IMG/VR virus record: IMGVR_UViG_3300050343_000285
Coordinates: 1-64,000 of that record
Source: a virus
DNA: 64,000 bases
Reading direction: 5' to 3' (one strand)
Numbering within the stretch: the stretch's first letter is position 1; each line of letters opens with the position of its first letter. The translations under genes were made by a program, and so were the position numbers. The notes beneath the pieces were generated by a model. That model was given only the letters and a program-made list of their open reading frames with translations. It was not told the DNA's origin and made no database searches. Shown piece by piece: positions 37,753 to 49,600 of the stretch.

Positions 37753-38387
37753 TGAATGTTGATATTAACATTAAAGAAACCAGTTCGCAAATATCTGTAA
37801 AAATACTCAAAGCCTTATCTGGTGAGGTAGATAAATATTTTCAACAAGCCTTTAATAGATGCAAAAGAGATATTGTGAGTATAGTTTCTGAGGCTATAAC
37901 TAGCCATAGAACATATCAATCTTTAACCTCAGGAAAATTAAGAGCAGAATTTGGCTTAGATAGTTCTAGTAGTAGATTATCTCAAATATTAAGGTTCTGG
38001 GAAAATTTAGAAGTAGAATATAAAAAACCTAAAATTAAAAGTAATCAAATAATCGGTTCTTTCTCCCTCTCTATGATTCAATCTGATTACTCCGATGTTT
38101 TAAGTAGTGCTGCTGCGGTAGTAAATACAGAAAAGGGATCTCAGTTAGAATGGTTAAGATGGTTATTATTATTTGGAGACAAAGAGATTATTAAAGATTA
38201 TGATATTAAGTTTGGTAGCAATCCTAGATCTAGATCTGGTAATGCTATTATGGTTGGTAAAACTGGTAGTAGATGGGGAGTACCTTCATCTTTTGCTGGT
38301 ACAGCCAATAAGAATTGGATTACAGAGGCCATAGATAGCGTAGAAGATCAGGTATTTAGACTGTTAGAACAATCCCTAAGGAAATAA
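37737..38387 (+). CDS. putative neck/tail-completion protein
   Basis: Synteny; EWLRWLL...GRSG...W.VP. Confidence 0.55.
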   Translation: MEKNIMNVDINIKETSSQISVKILKALSGEVDKYFQQAFNRCKRDIVSIVSEAITSHRTYQSLTSGKLRAEFGLDSSSSRLSQILRFWENLEVEYKKPKIKSNQIIGSFSLSMIQSDYSDVLSSAAAVVNTEKGSQLEWLRWLLLFGDKEIIKDYDIKFGSNPRSRSGNAIMVGKTGSRWGVPSSFAGTANKNWITEAIDSVEDQVFRLLEQSLRK

Positions 38388-38390
38388 AAC

Positions 38391-39362
38391 ATGGCTAAAG
38401 GTGATGAAAAATTTAGTGGTATAGATTCAATTAATGATTATTTACTTATATCTAATATAGAAAATAATATGAAGTCTTTTCTTGATTGGGGTTTTTTGAA
38501 TATTGGTGGATTTGTTAATGTTAATTCTACAGCTAATAGTTCAAGTGCAGACCCTAACAAACTAGCATATGTTAATGACCCTAACTATTCTGATGGTCAG
38601 GTATGGCAGACTAGACATCAGGATTGGGTTTATGAAAGTATAGACGATTATTCTCCTACTATTGCTAATAGTATCACTGTAGATGGTGTTGCTGCTCCTT
38701 CTCACACTTTAGATTTTATGAATAGTAGAGTTATTTTTGATACTGCTATTAGTCTTACTAGTGATGTTAGAATGGATTATGCATATAGATGGGTGCAAGT
38801 GCATAAATCTAGTAGTAATTTAGTATGGTGGAAACAATTTCAATCCGATATTGTTAATGACCCTACACAATTTAGCGAGAATACTGGAGAATATGCTATT
38901 TTTAATCAAAATAGAGTTCAGATGCCTAGTGTTATTATAGAAACAGTCCCCAAAGGAACTTCAAAACCTTATCAATTAGGTAATAAATCTTTAATCTCTC
39001 AACAAGATCTTATCTTGCATGTTATAGCTAATAATGCTGCTCATAGAAATTCTATTATAGATATCATTCGTTTACAGGAAGATAAGGTAATATGGCTGTA
39101 TGATACCAAAAAATTAGCGACTAATGGTGTTTTGCCATTTAGTTTTGATGGGTCTTTAAATTCTGCTAGATTATCTTATAATGATCTTATTATGGATTGT
39201 ACAGATCCAGACCCTGTTACTGGTGAAATTACCTGCGATGATACCTATAGATGGAAAACTTGCTATTTAAAGGATTTTATAGTCTCCGAAGTAGAAAGTA
39301 GATATTTCTTTGAAGAGGCTAAGATTAGAGTTACAGCTGAAATAATATTTGATACACTTTAA
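38391..39362 (+). CDS. putative tail terminator
   Basis: Synteny, immediately before the tube genes. Confidence 0.5.
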   Translation: MAKGDEKFSGIDSINDYLLISNIENNMKSFLDWGFLNIGGFVNVNSTANSSSADPNKLAYVNDPNYSDGQVWQTRHQDWVYESIDDYSPTIANSITVDGVAAPSHTLDFMNSRVIFDTAISLTSDVRMDYAYRWVQVHKSSSNLVWWKQFQSDIVNDPTQFSENTGEYAIFNQNRVQMPSVIIETVPKGTSKPYQLGNKSLISQQDLILHVIANNAAHRNSIIDIIRLQEDKVIWLYDTKKLATNGVLPFSFDGSLNSARLSYNDLIMDCTDPDPVTGEITCDDTYRWKTCYLKDFIVSEVESRYFFEEAKIRVTAEIIFDTL

Positions 39363-39428
39363 AAAATTGGTGTATATACCTGTAAGTGTTCCCACTAGTT
39401 CCTTATAATATTAGACGGAGATTTAACT

Positions 39429-40325
39429 ATGCCAAATAATAGAGTATTTTACGCCTCTCATGGCGTTAAAATTGGTACTACAGTTGTACAAGGCGCTCAG
39501 AGCGTAGGTATAACCACCAACTTTAATCTTGAGCAGGCTTTCCAGCTTGGTCAGCTCGCTCTTTATGACAATATTTCACTTGATCCAGAAGTTGAAATTA
39601 CAGTATCTAAAGTTCTTGATGGACAAAGCAGTATCTGGAATCTTGCCACAAATGGTGGTGGTAGTTTGATTGAAAATGCTCAAGATGACGCCGTTGTTGT
39701 TGTTGGAGTTGGTGATGATACATCAGCTACTCTTGCAAACACCAGCGCTATTACTTGTAGCGGTATGTTTGTTTCTAGCGTTAGCTACTCATTCCCTGTA
39801 GATGGAAATCTTACAGAAGAAGTTAGTTTTGTTGGTAATGCAAAAGCTCTTACTGGTAGTGTCGCTGCTCCGAGTACTGCAGAATCAACAATTCTTAGAA
39901 GACAAAATGTTGATATTGCTAGTTCGACTATCCCATCAGAGGTTTCTGGTAAAAACATTACTAGTATTAGTATTAGTGCTGATCTTGGTCGTGAAAGTAT
40001 GTATAAGCTTGGTAGCTTAAAGCCTTTTCATCGTTTCGTTAACTTCCCTCTTGAGGTTACTTGCGAGTTTGAGGTTATTGCTATTACTCATGATGGCGTT
40101 GAAGTAGACGTTCCAGAAACAGCTTGTAGCGGTCTTGCTGCTAATGATCGTGAAATTGTAGTGAAGATTTGTGGTAGCGATGGGGCTAATGACTATACCT
40201 TTGACCTTGGTGACAAATGTAAGTTAACAAGTGTAAATTATAGTGGTGGAGATACTGGTGGTGGAAACGCTACTATCACCTATAGCTATAGCACCTTTAA
40301 TGAATTAACTATCGACGACAGTTGA
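39429..40325 (+). CDS. major tail tube protein (paralogue 1)
   Basis: 298 aa; GAQSVGITT...FQLGQ; GGAG SD; late motif at 39369. Confidence 0.75.
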   Translation: MPNNRVFYASHGVKIGTTVVQGAQSVGITTNFNLEQAFQLGQLALYDNISLDPEVEITVSKVLDGQSSIWNLATNGGGSLIENAQDDAVVVVGVGDDTSATLANTSAITCSGMFVSSVSYSFPVDGNLTEEVSFVGNAKALTGSVAAPSTAESTILRRQNVDIASSTIPSEVSGKNITSISISADLGRESMYKLGSLKPFHRFVNFPLEVTCEFEVIAITHDGVEVDVPETACSGLAANDREIVVKICGSDGANDYTFDLGDKCKLTSVNYSGGDTGGGNATITYSYSTFNELTIDDS

Positions 40326-40351
40326 TTCTTACCTGTTGGGAACACGTATTG

Positions 40352-40385
40352 GTGGGGATTTCGGTCCCCATCAATTTATTTTTAA
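40352..40385 (+). terminator. intrinsic terminator between the tube paralogues
   Basis: GGTGGGGA-TTTCGG-TCCCCATC followed by AATTTATTTTT. Confidence 0.7.
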
Positions 40386-40403
40386 CATAGCTAGGAGAGA
40401 TAA

Positions 40404-41264
40404 ATGTCAAATAGAGTTTTTTATGCTTGTCACGCTGCATTTCTAGATAATAGCCCTGTTAAAGGCGCTCAAAGTGTAGGTATAACAACCACTTTTGATC
40501 TCGAACCTGTATTTCAATTAGGTCAAGTAAAGCCTGTAGATATTATGAATCTTGCTCCTAGTGTAGAGTTTACCGTTAGTAGAGCTTTGACAAGTAGTAG
40601 TGGTACAATGTGGAGTGGAAACTTTATTACTAATGTAGGATCAGCTGATAAGACTTTATGTCTTGGCATTGGAGATGACACATCACCTCTTTTAACTAGT
40701 ACAGCTAGTGTGCAGTGTACAGGTGCTGGTATTAGTGGTGCAACTTATAATTTTCCTGTTGACGGTATTTTTACTGAAGAATTAACATTTTTTGCTGATA
40801 ACAAAGTATTAGGTGGTGGTTGCGGTAGTGTCAGTGAAGACACCAGCTCTACAGCTAAAACTAGACAGCACTATAATGGAGGCGCTCCGTCTTTAGTAAC
40901 TAACGCTGGTAATTTAACTAATATTAGTATTAGCACATCTGTTAGTCGTGAGCAAATTTTAGCTCTTGGAAACTTTAAATCTGTTCATAACTATGCTAGT
41001 TTACCAGCAGAAGTAACCGTTGAGTTTGAGGTTAGCGCAACAAGTACGGACGGTGCAGCGTTTGGTACCGTAGCGGCTTGTAATAGTCCTACTAATGGTG
41101 TTTACGAGAAGCAAGATATAAGTTTAAATATGTGCGGGATAACTTTCTTAATGGAGGATTGTAAACTTAGTAATGTGACTTATGGAGGCGGTGATACTGG
41201 TGGCGGAAATGCTACTATCAGCTTTACATATACTACATATAATAATCTAACGATTACAACATAG
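40404..41264 (+). CDS. tail tube protein (paralogue 2)
   Basis: Shares NRVFYA, GAQSVGITT, FQLGQ and GGDTGGGNATI with the upstream gene. Confidence 0.75.
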   Translation: MSNRVFYACHAAFLDNSPVKGAQSVGITTTFDLEPVFQLGQVKPVDIMNLAPSVEFTVSRALTSSSGTMWSGNFITNVGSADKTLCLGIGDDTSPLLTSTASVQCTGAGISGATYNFPVDGIFTEELTFFADNKVLGGGCGSVSEDTSSTAKTRQHYNGGAPSLVTNAGNLTNISISTSVSREQILALGNFKSVHNYASLPAEVTVEFEVSATSTDGAAFGTVAACNSPTNGVYEKQDISLNMCGITFLMEDCKLSNVTYGGGDTGGGNATISFTYTTYNNLTITT

Positions 41265-41281
41265 TTTATTTTTGAAAATTT

Positions 41282-42340
41282 ATGGATATAGAAGGAACTC
41301 TATACAGGATTATTAATGGCAGTTATTATACTTTTGTAAAAAGCAAAAGATATAAAGTAGTTTTGCCTAATCTACAAATCAAACAACAAGCACATGCTTT
41401 ATCTTTAGATATCATACAAAATAATAGGTTCGATACTACTCATTGGCTAACTAAACATCAGGCTGAGAAAATATTAAGAACTAATGATATATGGAATAAT
41501 GAACAAGAAGAACAATTAAAGATTTTAAATAACAGACTAGAGGATATGAAAATTGAATTATACCTTAAGTATATTGATCCGGCTATGAAAAAGAAAATTA
41601 AAGCTAGCTTAGAAACAGGCAAATCTGCTATAGCAGAATTATTAGGCAAAAAACACTCTATGGATCACCTAACTCTAGATAGTCATGCTGAGAGTGCCAA
41701 AAATTCATATATTTTAACTCATACTATTTACGACGATAAAGATAATTTAGTATTTAATGATGAGCATGTAGACTCTGGAGAATTGGAAGATTTTATGACT
41801 GCTGTACAAAAACATGATGTATCTCATGATGATTTGAGAACTTTGGCTAGAAGTGAGATATGGAAATCTTATTGGGATGCTGCTAAAGGTAATATTTTTG
41901 CACCTCCTGCATATCTTTGGACAGATGAACAAAGACTCTTAATTAATATTAGTAAAATGTATGATTCCGTACGAGAACACCCTGAATGTCCTGAAGATGC
42001 TGTTATAAATGATGATGATGCTTTAGACGGATGGGTATTATTTTGGAAAAGAAAGGCTGAAAAAGAACGTAAGAAAAATAAACTTATGGAAGATGTTGGC
42101 GGTAAATATAAAAATGCTGGAGAAGTATTTGTTATAGCTAATTCTACAGAAGAGGCTAAAGAAATTTATGGTCTGAATGATGCTAAAGGTATGGCAGAAA
42201 TTAGACATATGCAAAAATTGGCAGCAGATAATACATCAGAATCTGGTATTCCTTGGCAGGATTTACCACATGTAAAGACTCAAATACAAAATCAAGTTAA
42301 TAGTAAACAACAATCTATGGCAGCCCAAAAGGGAAATTAA
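41282..42340 (+). CDS. hypothetical protein (tail assembly region)
   Basis: Long helical ORF. Confidence 0.6.
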   Translation: MDIEGTLYRIINGSYYTFVKSKRYKVVLPNLQIKQQAHALSLDIIQNNRFDTTHWLTKHQAEKILRTNDIWNNEQEEQLKILNNRLEDMKIELYLKYIDPAMKKKIKASLETGKSAIAELLGKKHSMDHLTLDSHAESAKNSYILTHTIYDDKDNLVFNDEHVDSGELEDFMTAVQKHDVSHDDLRTLARSEIWKSYWDAAKGNIFAPPAYLWTDEQRLLINISKMYDSVREHPECPEDAVINDDDALDGWVLFWKRKAEKERKKNKLMEDVGGKYKNAGEVFVIANSTEEAKEIYGLNDAKGMAEIRHMQKLAADNTSESGIPWQDLPHVKTQIQNQVNSKQQSMAAQKGN

Positions 42341-42341
42341 T

Positions 42342-42635
42342 ATGAAAAATCATAGTAGACGACAAATGATAGATCAAATGGAAAAAAGATTTAAAACTAC
42401 AATAATTGGTGCTCTTGCTAGATTTGAAAATGAATTTGGATATCTTTGGAATGGTAATCAAGAACCTTCAGATGGTCAAGAAGCTTATTTTAGAGATAAG
42501 TGGGAAGACTTAAGAAGTGATTTGCTAGATCATGGAAATGATCAAATGAGAAACGGAATACAGGATTTGAACAATTACTTAAACAAGGTGGAGAAATACC
42601 ATCTACAAATTTATTATAATAAAGGAGATAGATAA
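42342..42635 (+). CDS. hypothetical protein
   Basis: Coupled ORF. Confidence 0.6.
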   Translation: MKNHSRRQMIDQMEKRFKTTIIGALARFENEFGYLWNGNQEPSDGQEAYFRDKWEDLRSDLLDHGNDQMRNGIQDLNNYLNKVEKYHLQIYYNKGDR

Positions 42636-43519
42636 TGGCAGAAACATTTAGTTTACAGGTTGATGGAAAAGCTGTTGAGTTTCTCGTACAGTCACCCACA
42701 CTACATCAACAAAGAGAAGGACAGAAAGTATATAATCAAGCATTCTCAGATGCTGTAAAATCAGGCTCTATTGTTAGAGCCAAATTAGATGATCTATTAA
42801 AAGATCAAGGACTATGGGATGATAATAAGCAAGCTAGATTTATGGCTATTCAAACAGAATTAAATGATTGTGAAAAACAATTAGCTACGGGTGGCATATC
42901 TCTACAAAATGCTAAAGGTGTAGCCCTTAAAATGAAAAATTTACGAGAAGAGCTAAAAGATCTTATATCTGTTAGAACTAATCTCGATACGCATACGGCA
43001 GAAGGACAGGCTGATAATGCTAGGTTTAATTATTTAGTTTCTTGCTGCTTGGTGTATAGTAGTAATAAGAAAGTTTATTTTAGTAGCTATGAAGACTACC
43101 TAAATAGATCTTCTGATCCTATTGGAGTTATGGGAGCACAAAAATTGGCAGCCATGTTATATGGTTTAGATTCAGAATTTGAGAAAAAATTACCAGAAAA
43201 TAAGTTTTTAATTAACTATAAATTTGTTAATGATGACTTAAGATTCGTTAATCCAGCAGGTCAGTTGGTAGACGAAGATGGTAGACGAGTTGATGAGAAT
43301 GGCAGATATGTTAATGAGGCAGGAAAATTTGTTGATAGGGATGGAACCTTAGTTAGTGCAGATGGTGATTATGTTGTAGATTTTGTTCCTTTTACTGATG
43401 ATAGTGGTAAGCCCGTAGTTTTGGAAAATGAAAATGAAAACAAAACAGAAGAATCAACAGATCAACCGGAAGTTTCAACTAAAGAAGATAAGGAACCAGA
43501 AACCCAACCAGTTGAATAG
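42635..43519 (+). CDS. putative tail assembly chaperone with VD(E/R)xG short repeats
   Basis: Immediately upstream of the tape measure gene. Confidence 0.55.
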   Translation: MAETFSLQVDGKAVEFLVQSPTLHQQREGQKVYNQAFSDAVKSGSIVRAKLDDLLKDQGLWDDNKQARFMAIQTELNDCEKQLATGGISLQNAKGVALKMKNLREELKDLISVRTNLDTHTAEGQADNARFNYLVSCCLVYSSNKKVYFSSYEDYLNRSSDPIGVMGAQKLAAMLYGLDSEFEKKLPENKFLINYKFVNDDLRFVNPAGQLVDEDGRRVDENGRYVNEAGKFVDRDGTLVSADGDYVVDFVPFTDDSGKPVVLENENENKTEESTDQPEVSTKEDKEPETQPVE

Positions 43520-43545
43520 ACATAATTTGTTTATATCATACATTC

Positions 43546-43573
43546 AAGATCCTCTATTAATTTAGGGGATTTT
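43546..43573 (+). terminator. hairpin/terminator before the tape measure promoter
   Basis: AAGATCCTCTA-TTAATT-TAGGGGATTTT. Confidence 0.6.
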
Positions 43574-43600
43574 GTGTGTATATTAGATTAAGGTAAATAA

Positions 43601-46600
43601 ATGGCAGCGGCATTCAATCTCACAGCACAAATTAATCTTAGAGGCCCTAGAAATACTAGAGCAATTGCTTCTCAAATGAGGAAACAATTATCTGGTGTTA
43701 AAGTTAAAGTAGATCTTGATTTAAAAGGAGCATCTGCTAAAAACGTAGCTAATATTAACAAACAGCTACAAGGTTTATCTAGAAATGCAGCATTAGCTCA
43801 TAAGAATGTAGCTAGACTAAATCAAAGCGTAGTTCAGTTAGGTGCAGGACTAAAAGGAATGGGTGCTGGCTCAGTTCAGTCTATTGCTAAGGTGCAGAAG
43901 CAAGTTAATAATGCTGGTAAATCTATAGATACTGCTACTTCACAGATACAAGAATTTGGTAAGCAATCAGGCTTGGCTATTAGAAGATTTGCTGCGTTTA
44001 GTGCTGTTACAGGTGTTGTGTATGGTTTAACCAATGCTATTAATAGTGCTTATAAAGAATTCGTACAATTTGATAGACAATTAATTAGATTAAGTCAAGT
44101 TACTGGTACTAGTGTTGCTGGGCTCCAAGGTATTACTAAAGAGATAACAAGTCTTTCTACTAACTTAGGGGTAGCTTCTACAGACTTAATGCAAATTTCA
44201 GTAACTTTAGCTCAGGCTGGTTTAAGTGCTCAGGAAGCTAAAACAGCATTAGAAGCTCTGGCTAAATCTTCACTAGCTCCTTCTTTTGATAATCTGAACG
44301 ATACTGTTGAGGGTAGTATCGCTTTAATGAAACAGTTTAGCATATCTTCTACGGACCTTGAGGCAGCTTTAGGTAGTGTTAATGCTGTTGCTGCTAGTTT
44401 TGCTGTTGAAGCTGGAGATATTATTAAAGCTATTCAGCGTACTGGTGGCGTGTTTGCTAGCGCTAGTAAAGGAGTAAGTACAGGTACTCAGGCTTTGAAT
44501 GAATTTGTTGCGCTTTTTACTAGTGTTAGATCAACTACTCGTGAAGGTGCAGAGACTATCGCTACTGGTCTGCGAACTATTTTCACTAGGATTCAGAGAG
44601 GTTCTACAATAGAATCTTTAAAAGAATTTGGTATTACGTTAACAGATTTAGAAGGTAAATTTGTAGGGCCGTTTGAAGCAGTTAAAAGATTAAGCCAAGG
44701 TCTTAGTGGTCTTGATCCTAGAGATTTAAGGTTTGGACAGATTGTTGAAGAGCTTGGTGGTTTCCGTCAGATTGGTAAAGTTATTCCTTTAATTCAACAG
44801 TTTGCTACTGCTCAAAAAGCTTTAGGCGTAGCTCAATCTGGGCAAGGCAGTTTAAGTAAGGCCGCTATACAAGCGCAAGCTTCATTAGCTGTGCAGTTTG
44901 AAAAAACTAGGCAATCTTTTGTGGGTTTAATTAGAGAGATTGGAGATAGTACAACATTTAGGACTATTGCTACGGTTAGTTTAACAACCGCTAATGCTTT
45001 TATTAGTCTTGCAGGTGCTTTGAAACCATTACTTCCTATGCTTACAGCTCTTACTGCTATTAAAGGAGCTTCTATCCTGAGTGAATTTGGTAGTGGCTTT
45101 CTTGGTGGAGTAGGTAAGTCTGGTGGCGGTGGAGGTGGAGGTGGTCTTGGAGGTCTTCTTGGTGGAGGTAAAGGGCCAAAGGGTTCTGGTGGTGGTAGAA
45201 AAGGTAGTCCTGCTAGCTTAAAAGCCAATACAGCTGCCTTAGCAGCAAATACATCTACTATGGCAGAGTTGATTGCTTCAATGCAAAATTTAAACTCTAT
45301 GATTGCTGGTATGTCGGGAGGATCTACTAAGGCTTTTGCTAGTGGTGGTTTAGTGCCTGGTAGTGGTAACAGAGATACTGTATCAGCTAAGCTGACTCCT
45401 GGTGAATATGTTATTCGCAAGAAAGCTGTAGAAAAAATAGGAGCTGATAAGTTAAGTAAATTAAATCGTGGAGGCAGGATTCAAAAGTTTGTTACAGGTG
45501 GTTCTGTAGAAGAATTAGCTGAGCAAAGAGGAGTAAGCGCAACAGATATTGTAGCTCAAGAGATACAGAATGCTAAATCGATTAAGAATGTTAAAGAGCT
45601 TGCGGGTATAGACAATAGAAGCAAATTTAGTAAAAGCCTAAATAATATATTAAGAAAAGGAGTTTATGACGATCCAAGTAATCCAGAAGCACTTGCTACA
45701 GCTATAGATGTGATCAATAAAGTTTTAGCTAAAAAAGCTGGAGATGCCGAAAAGCTAGAAGGAGAAAAGGCGGTTGCTCCATCATACGCTCTAGTAGGAT
45801 TACGAGGTAAGCCCGCAGACCACTTCATGGAAGCTGAAGATGGTACGATGGTTAATCTTGTAGGTCGCAGAGCCAAATTTGGAAGAAGTTATGATAAACA
45901 AATGAGAGAAGGTTTTGTAGGTACAGTTCAGGATGTTGCTGGGTCAATGGCTCAAAAAATTGGCGGGGGAACGAAAGTTAAAATACCAGATAAAAAAGGA
46001 TTGGCAAGAGCAGGTTTATACAATGCTATAGGAGCTTATCTTGAAGCAGCAGTAGCTTCTATTGGCGCTCCTTACGATAAAGATCAAAGTAATGATCCTT
46101 TAGACTTTGAAAAGGGACTAGGTCCTGCTGCTAGTATGTTTGGCGTGCCATCAGATATGCCTGCTGATACTACTAGAACAGTTTTCGGCAAAGGTAAAAG
46201 TCCTGCAAAATTCCTTGATCAAGTAAATAGATATAGAAAAAATAGAATGGCTACAGGAGGTTCTGTAGAAGATACAGTTCCCGCATTACTTACTCCGGGA
46301 GAATACGTCCTTAATAAAAAAGCTGCTCAAAAATTAGGCTCTCAAAAACTAGATAAGCTAAATAAAGCAGATAAAATTCAAGGCTTTAATAAGGGTGGTG
46401 CTGTCGGTTTTGTTCAAAGATTTGCTGCTGGAGGCGGCGTACAAGCTGATCAAGCTGCTTATGTTGCTAGAATGGCTAAGAAATTAGGAATGACTGTTGA
46501 AAAATATGAGAAAAGTATTAGAAACAGAATTCTTAATCAAGCTGAAAAACAAGCTACTAGTAAAACTGGAGCCCAAACAGATCTTCTAAACGTTCTTGTG

Positions 46601-49600
46601 AAAAATATTGAATCTATTGGCGATGCTGATGTAGAAAATCTGGTAAGAGGACAAGCTCAAGAATTAGTAGAGAAAATTTATGGTGGAGCAGATCAAATTG
46701 ATCCTGATGTTTTAAGCGATTCAATAGACGATCTTGTTGCTTCAATGAAGAGTGGATTATCTATAGAAGAAATTAAGGCTAGTTCAAGCCAATGGGCTGA
46801 AACATTAGATATGCAAATTAATGCATCTGGTGAAGTTGCTAAAGCTCAAGAAAATATGGCAAAGAAATTAGGTTTTCTTAGTTCTGGAATGAAAACTAAA
46901 GATATTGACATTAGAGCCAGACAATCGCTCAATGAAGGTAAGTTTGGATCTTTTGATAAAATGAATTTACGAAATGCTCAAACCAATATAGAGTCTGGAT
47001 TTGGTAGCATTTTAGATAACATCGGTCAGAAACTTAGTACTGCAAATATACCCGGTATGAATAAGCTTTCTAAAGCTTTTCCTGATGCAGCAAATAAGAT
47101 TACTTCTATTGGCGATAAAATGGGTGGCCTAACTGGTATTTTAGGATCAGGAGCAACTATATTATCTACTCAATTACCTAAGATGTTTGATAGCTTTGAC
47201 AAGTTGACAGGTTCTGTTTCAGATCATAGCGAGACTCTTGCTGGAGTTACTGGAGCTTTAAGTTCTGGTGGTAGTTTTGGTATGAGTGGAGCTATATTAG
47301 GACAACAAGCATTCGGCAGACGGGGCGCTGCTATTGGTGGAGTAGCTGGAATGGCTGGTGGTGCGATTAGTGGCTTTATTAAAGAGTCTACAGCTAGAGA
47401 GCTAGAGAATGCTATGAGGGGCGTAACAGCTGCGTCTAGTAATCTTGATAAAACATTAGGTCGTTTAGATATGGCTCAAACTATAGAAGAAAGACAAGAG
47501 CTTGTTCAACAACTTAATAGAGATTATGAAAATCTTAATCAAGCTTTAAATCAATCAGCACAAGAAATAGAAAAAAATAGAATTTGGAATGCTTTAAGTA
47601 GTGGTTTAGAAGGATTTATGTCATCGCTTACTACTGTTATAGGCTTCATGGCTGCGGCTAAGATAAGTGCTGCTGCATCTTCATTTATACCTAGAGGAAA
47701 AGCAAAAGGCGGCTCTATTGGTTTTAATACTGGAGGTATGGTTCCTGTTAAATTAGCTAGTGGAGAAGGAGTATTTACACCACCATTACCGACATCTATT
47801 GGTAATCTTAAAAAGATGAATCAAGCGGATAGAAACGGTTATAAACCAAATTTTGCTGGTGGCATGGGGATTGTTCCTGGTTCAGGTAGCGGGGAAGTTG
47901 ATAATTACGATACTATGTTGCCAGAAGGTAGTTATGTTATTCGTGCCAAGGCTATGAAAAGCATGCAGGCTGCAACAGGGGGTAGAATTGGTAGTAGTTC
48001 TGTAGGAGTTAAGGGCTATGCTAGTGGTGGAGGTGTTCAAGGATATTTCTTGGGTGGTTTGATAAGACCACTTATAAAGGTAGGCTTTAGAACTATCGGT
48101 CCTTATCTAACTAAAGCTTTAGTACAAGGTGTGAAAACTACAGGTCTCATTGCTGCGGTAAATCTTATACCGGCGGCTATACAAGGTGCTTTGGGTTTCC
48201 TCGATAATACAGCTACTGATCAGCAATTAGCAGCACAAGTAGCTAGTTTAGAACAACTGAGAAAACTTGTAGATATACAGACCAACTTTGTTGTTAAAGA
48301 TCAGAAATCTTCTCAAAGATTATTAAGCCAGATGGATCCTATTGAAAGAGCTAATCTTACTACTGAACAAAGACAGGCGATGTATGCTAGTCCTACATCA
48401 GCTAGTGGTGATTTTAATGAATTAAATATTTTAGGTTCTAGACAAGCTAGAGCTAAGCTAAGTGGTGCTGGTTTTGATGTAGGTCAAGGACAAGGCATTC
48501 AAGAATATTTAGATAGTTTAAATAGTAATGATAGGCAGGCAGCTGAAGAACTTGTTGTTGAAGCTAATCAAGAATTAGCAAAAAGAATTTATATAGAAGC
48601 TAGGCAAAGAGAGGGTATAGAACTATCTACAGCTAGAAAAGAATTTGAAAGTTCTGATCCTGAAACTCAAACAAAAGTTAAGAAACGTATTGATGAAGAG
48701 TTAGGTAGTCAAAATAGACGTATAGCTTTAGCTAGACGTATGATGGTTGTTAATAGACAATTACAAAAATTCACATTAAGTTTAACAGATGTTATGAATA
48801 GACTTGGTAGCACTATGCAAAGAGTCACATCTGAGATTGTTTCTAGCACAAATAGATTATCACAATTATCTGGTGAGTTTACTGGAGAAACTGTTGGTGC
48901 AGCTAATCCATCAGAAAAAATGGCTCAAACATTATCTAATATTACAGCATACTCTGCTCAGGAATTAGCTCGTGTGGTCGATGGTGTTAATAGTAGTTTA
49001 GGTAATACGAAAGAAACTAGACAGATGGGAGATCTTATTAAAGGTCTTCAAATTATACAAAAAGAATTGCCATTAATTTTAAGAGACACTGCTGAAGGTG
49101 GAGACTTAGACGCTGGTGCAGAAAGTAGTATTAGAGATAGATTAGATACTATGTTTGCGGGTGTTGATATTGGTAACAATATAAAGAAAAATCTGGAAGA
49201 TAGTATTATCAACTATATAACAGATTCTACAGGCAACAGACAGGGAATGAGTTATGAAGACTTAGCTAATAATATTGAAGGACTTAAAGAGTTAGATGCC
49301 GCAGCAGAAAAAGCTAGATCTACCTTTGAAGATTATGCTAATAAACAAATAGAAACAAATAGACTTTTAGGTGGTGTTTCCAATCAATTAGCTAGCCAAT
49401 TAGATAAATTAAAAGACAATGTTATTAAAGTTCGAGATATTCAGTTACAAAGCGCTTTACAACTAGCTGATAAATTTAATAAGACTATAAGTTTATCCGA
49501 TTTAAATTCTCCTTTTAATAATTCTGTAAAAGGACTTACAGGAGGTACAACAGACGCGGCTGAAATAGGTAGAATAATAGCAGAAGCAATTGAACAAAAA

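Larger units (their letters stand above)
18276..43586 (+). promoter_or_regulatory. putative late-promoter motif GTGTAWW(A/T-rich) with no -35
   Basis: 18276, 21272, 25458, 31142, 34225, 36673 (variant), 39369 and 43576 (+); also minus strand at ~945 and ~1412. Confidence 0.6.

Noticed and set aside
38391-43601. Contractile (myovirus) tail
   Set aside because: No sheath-sized gene or baseplate wedge motifs between the neck and tape measure genes
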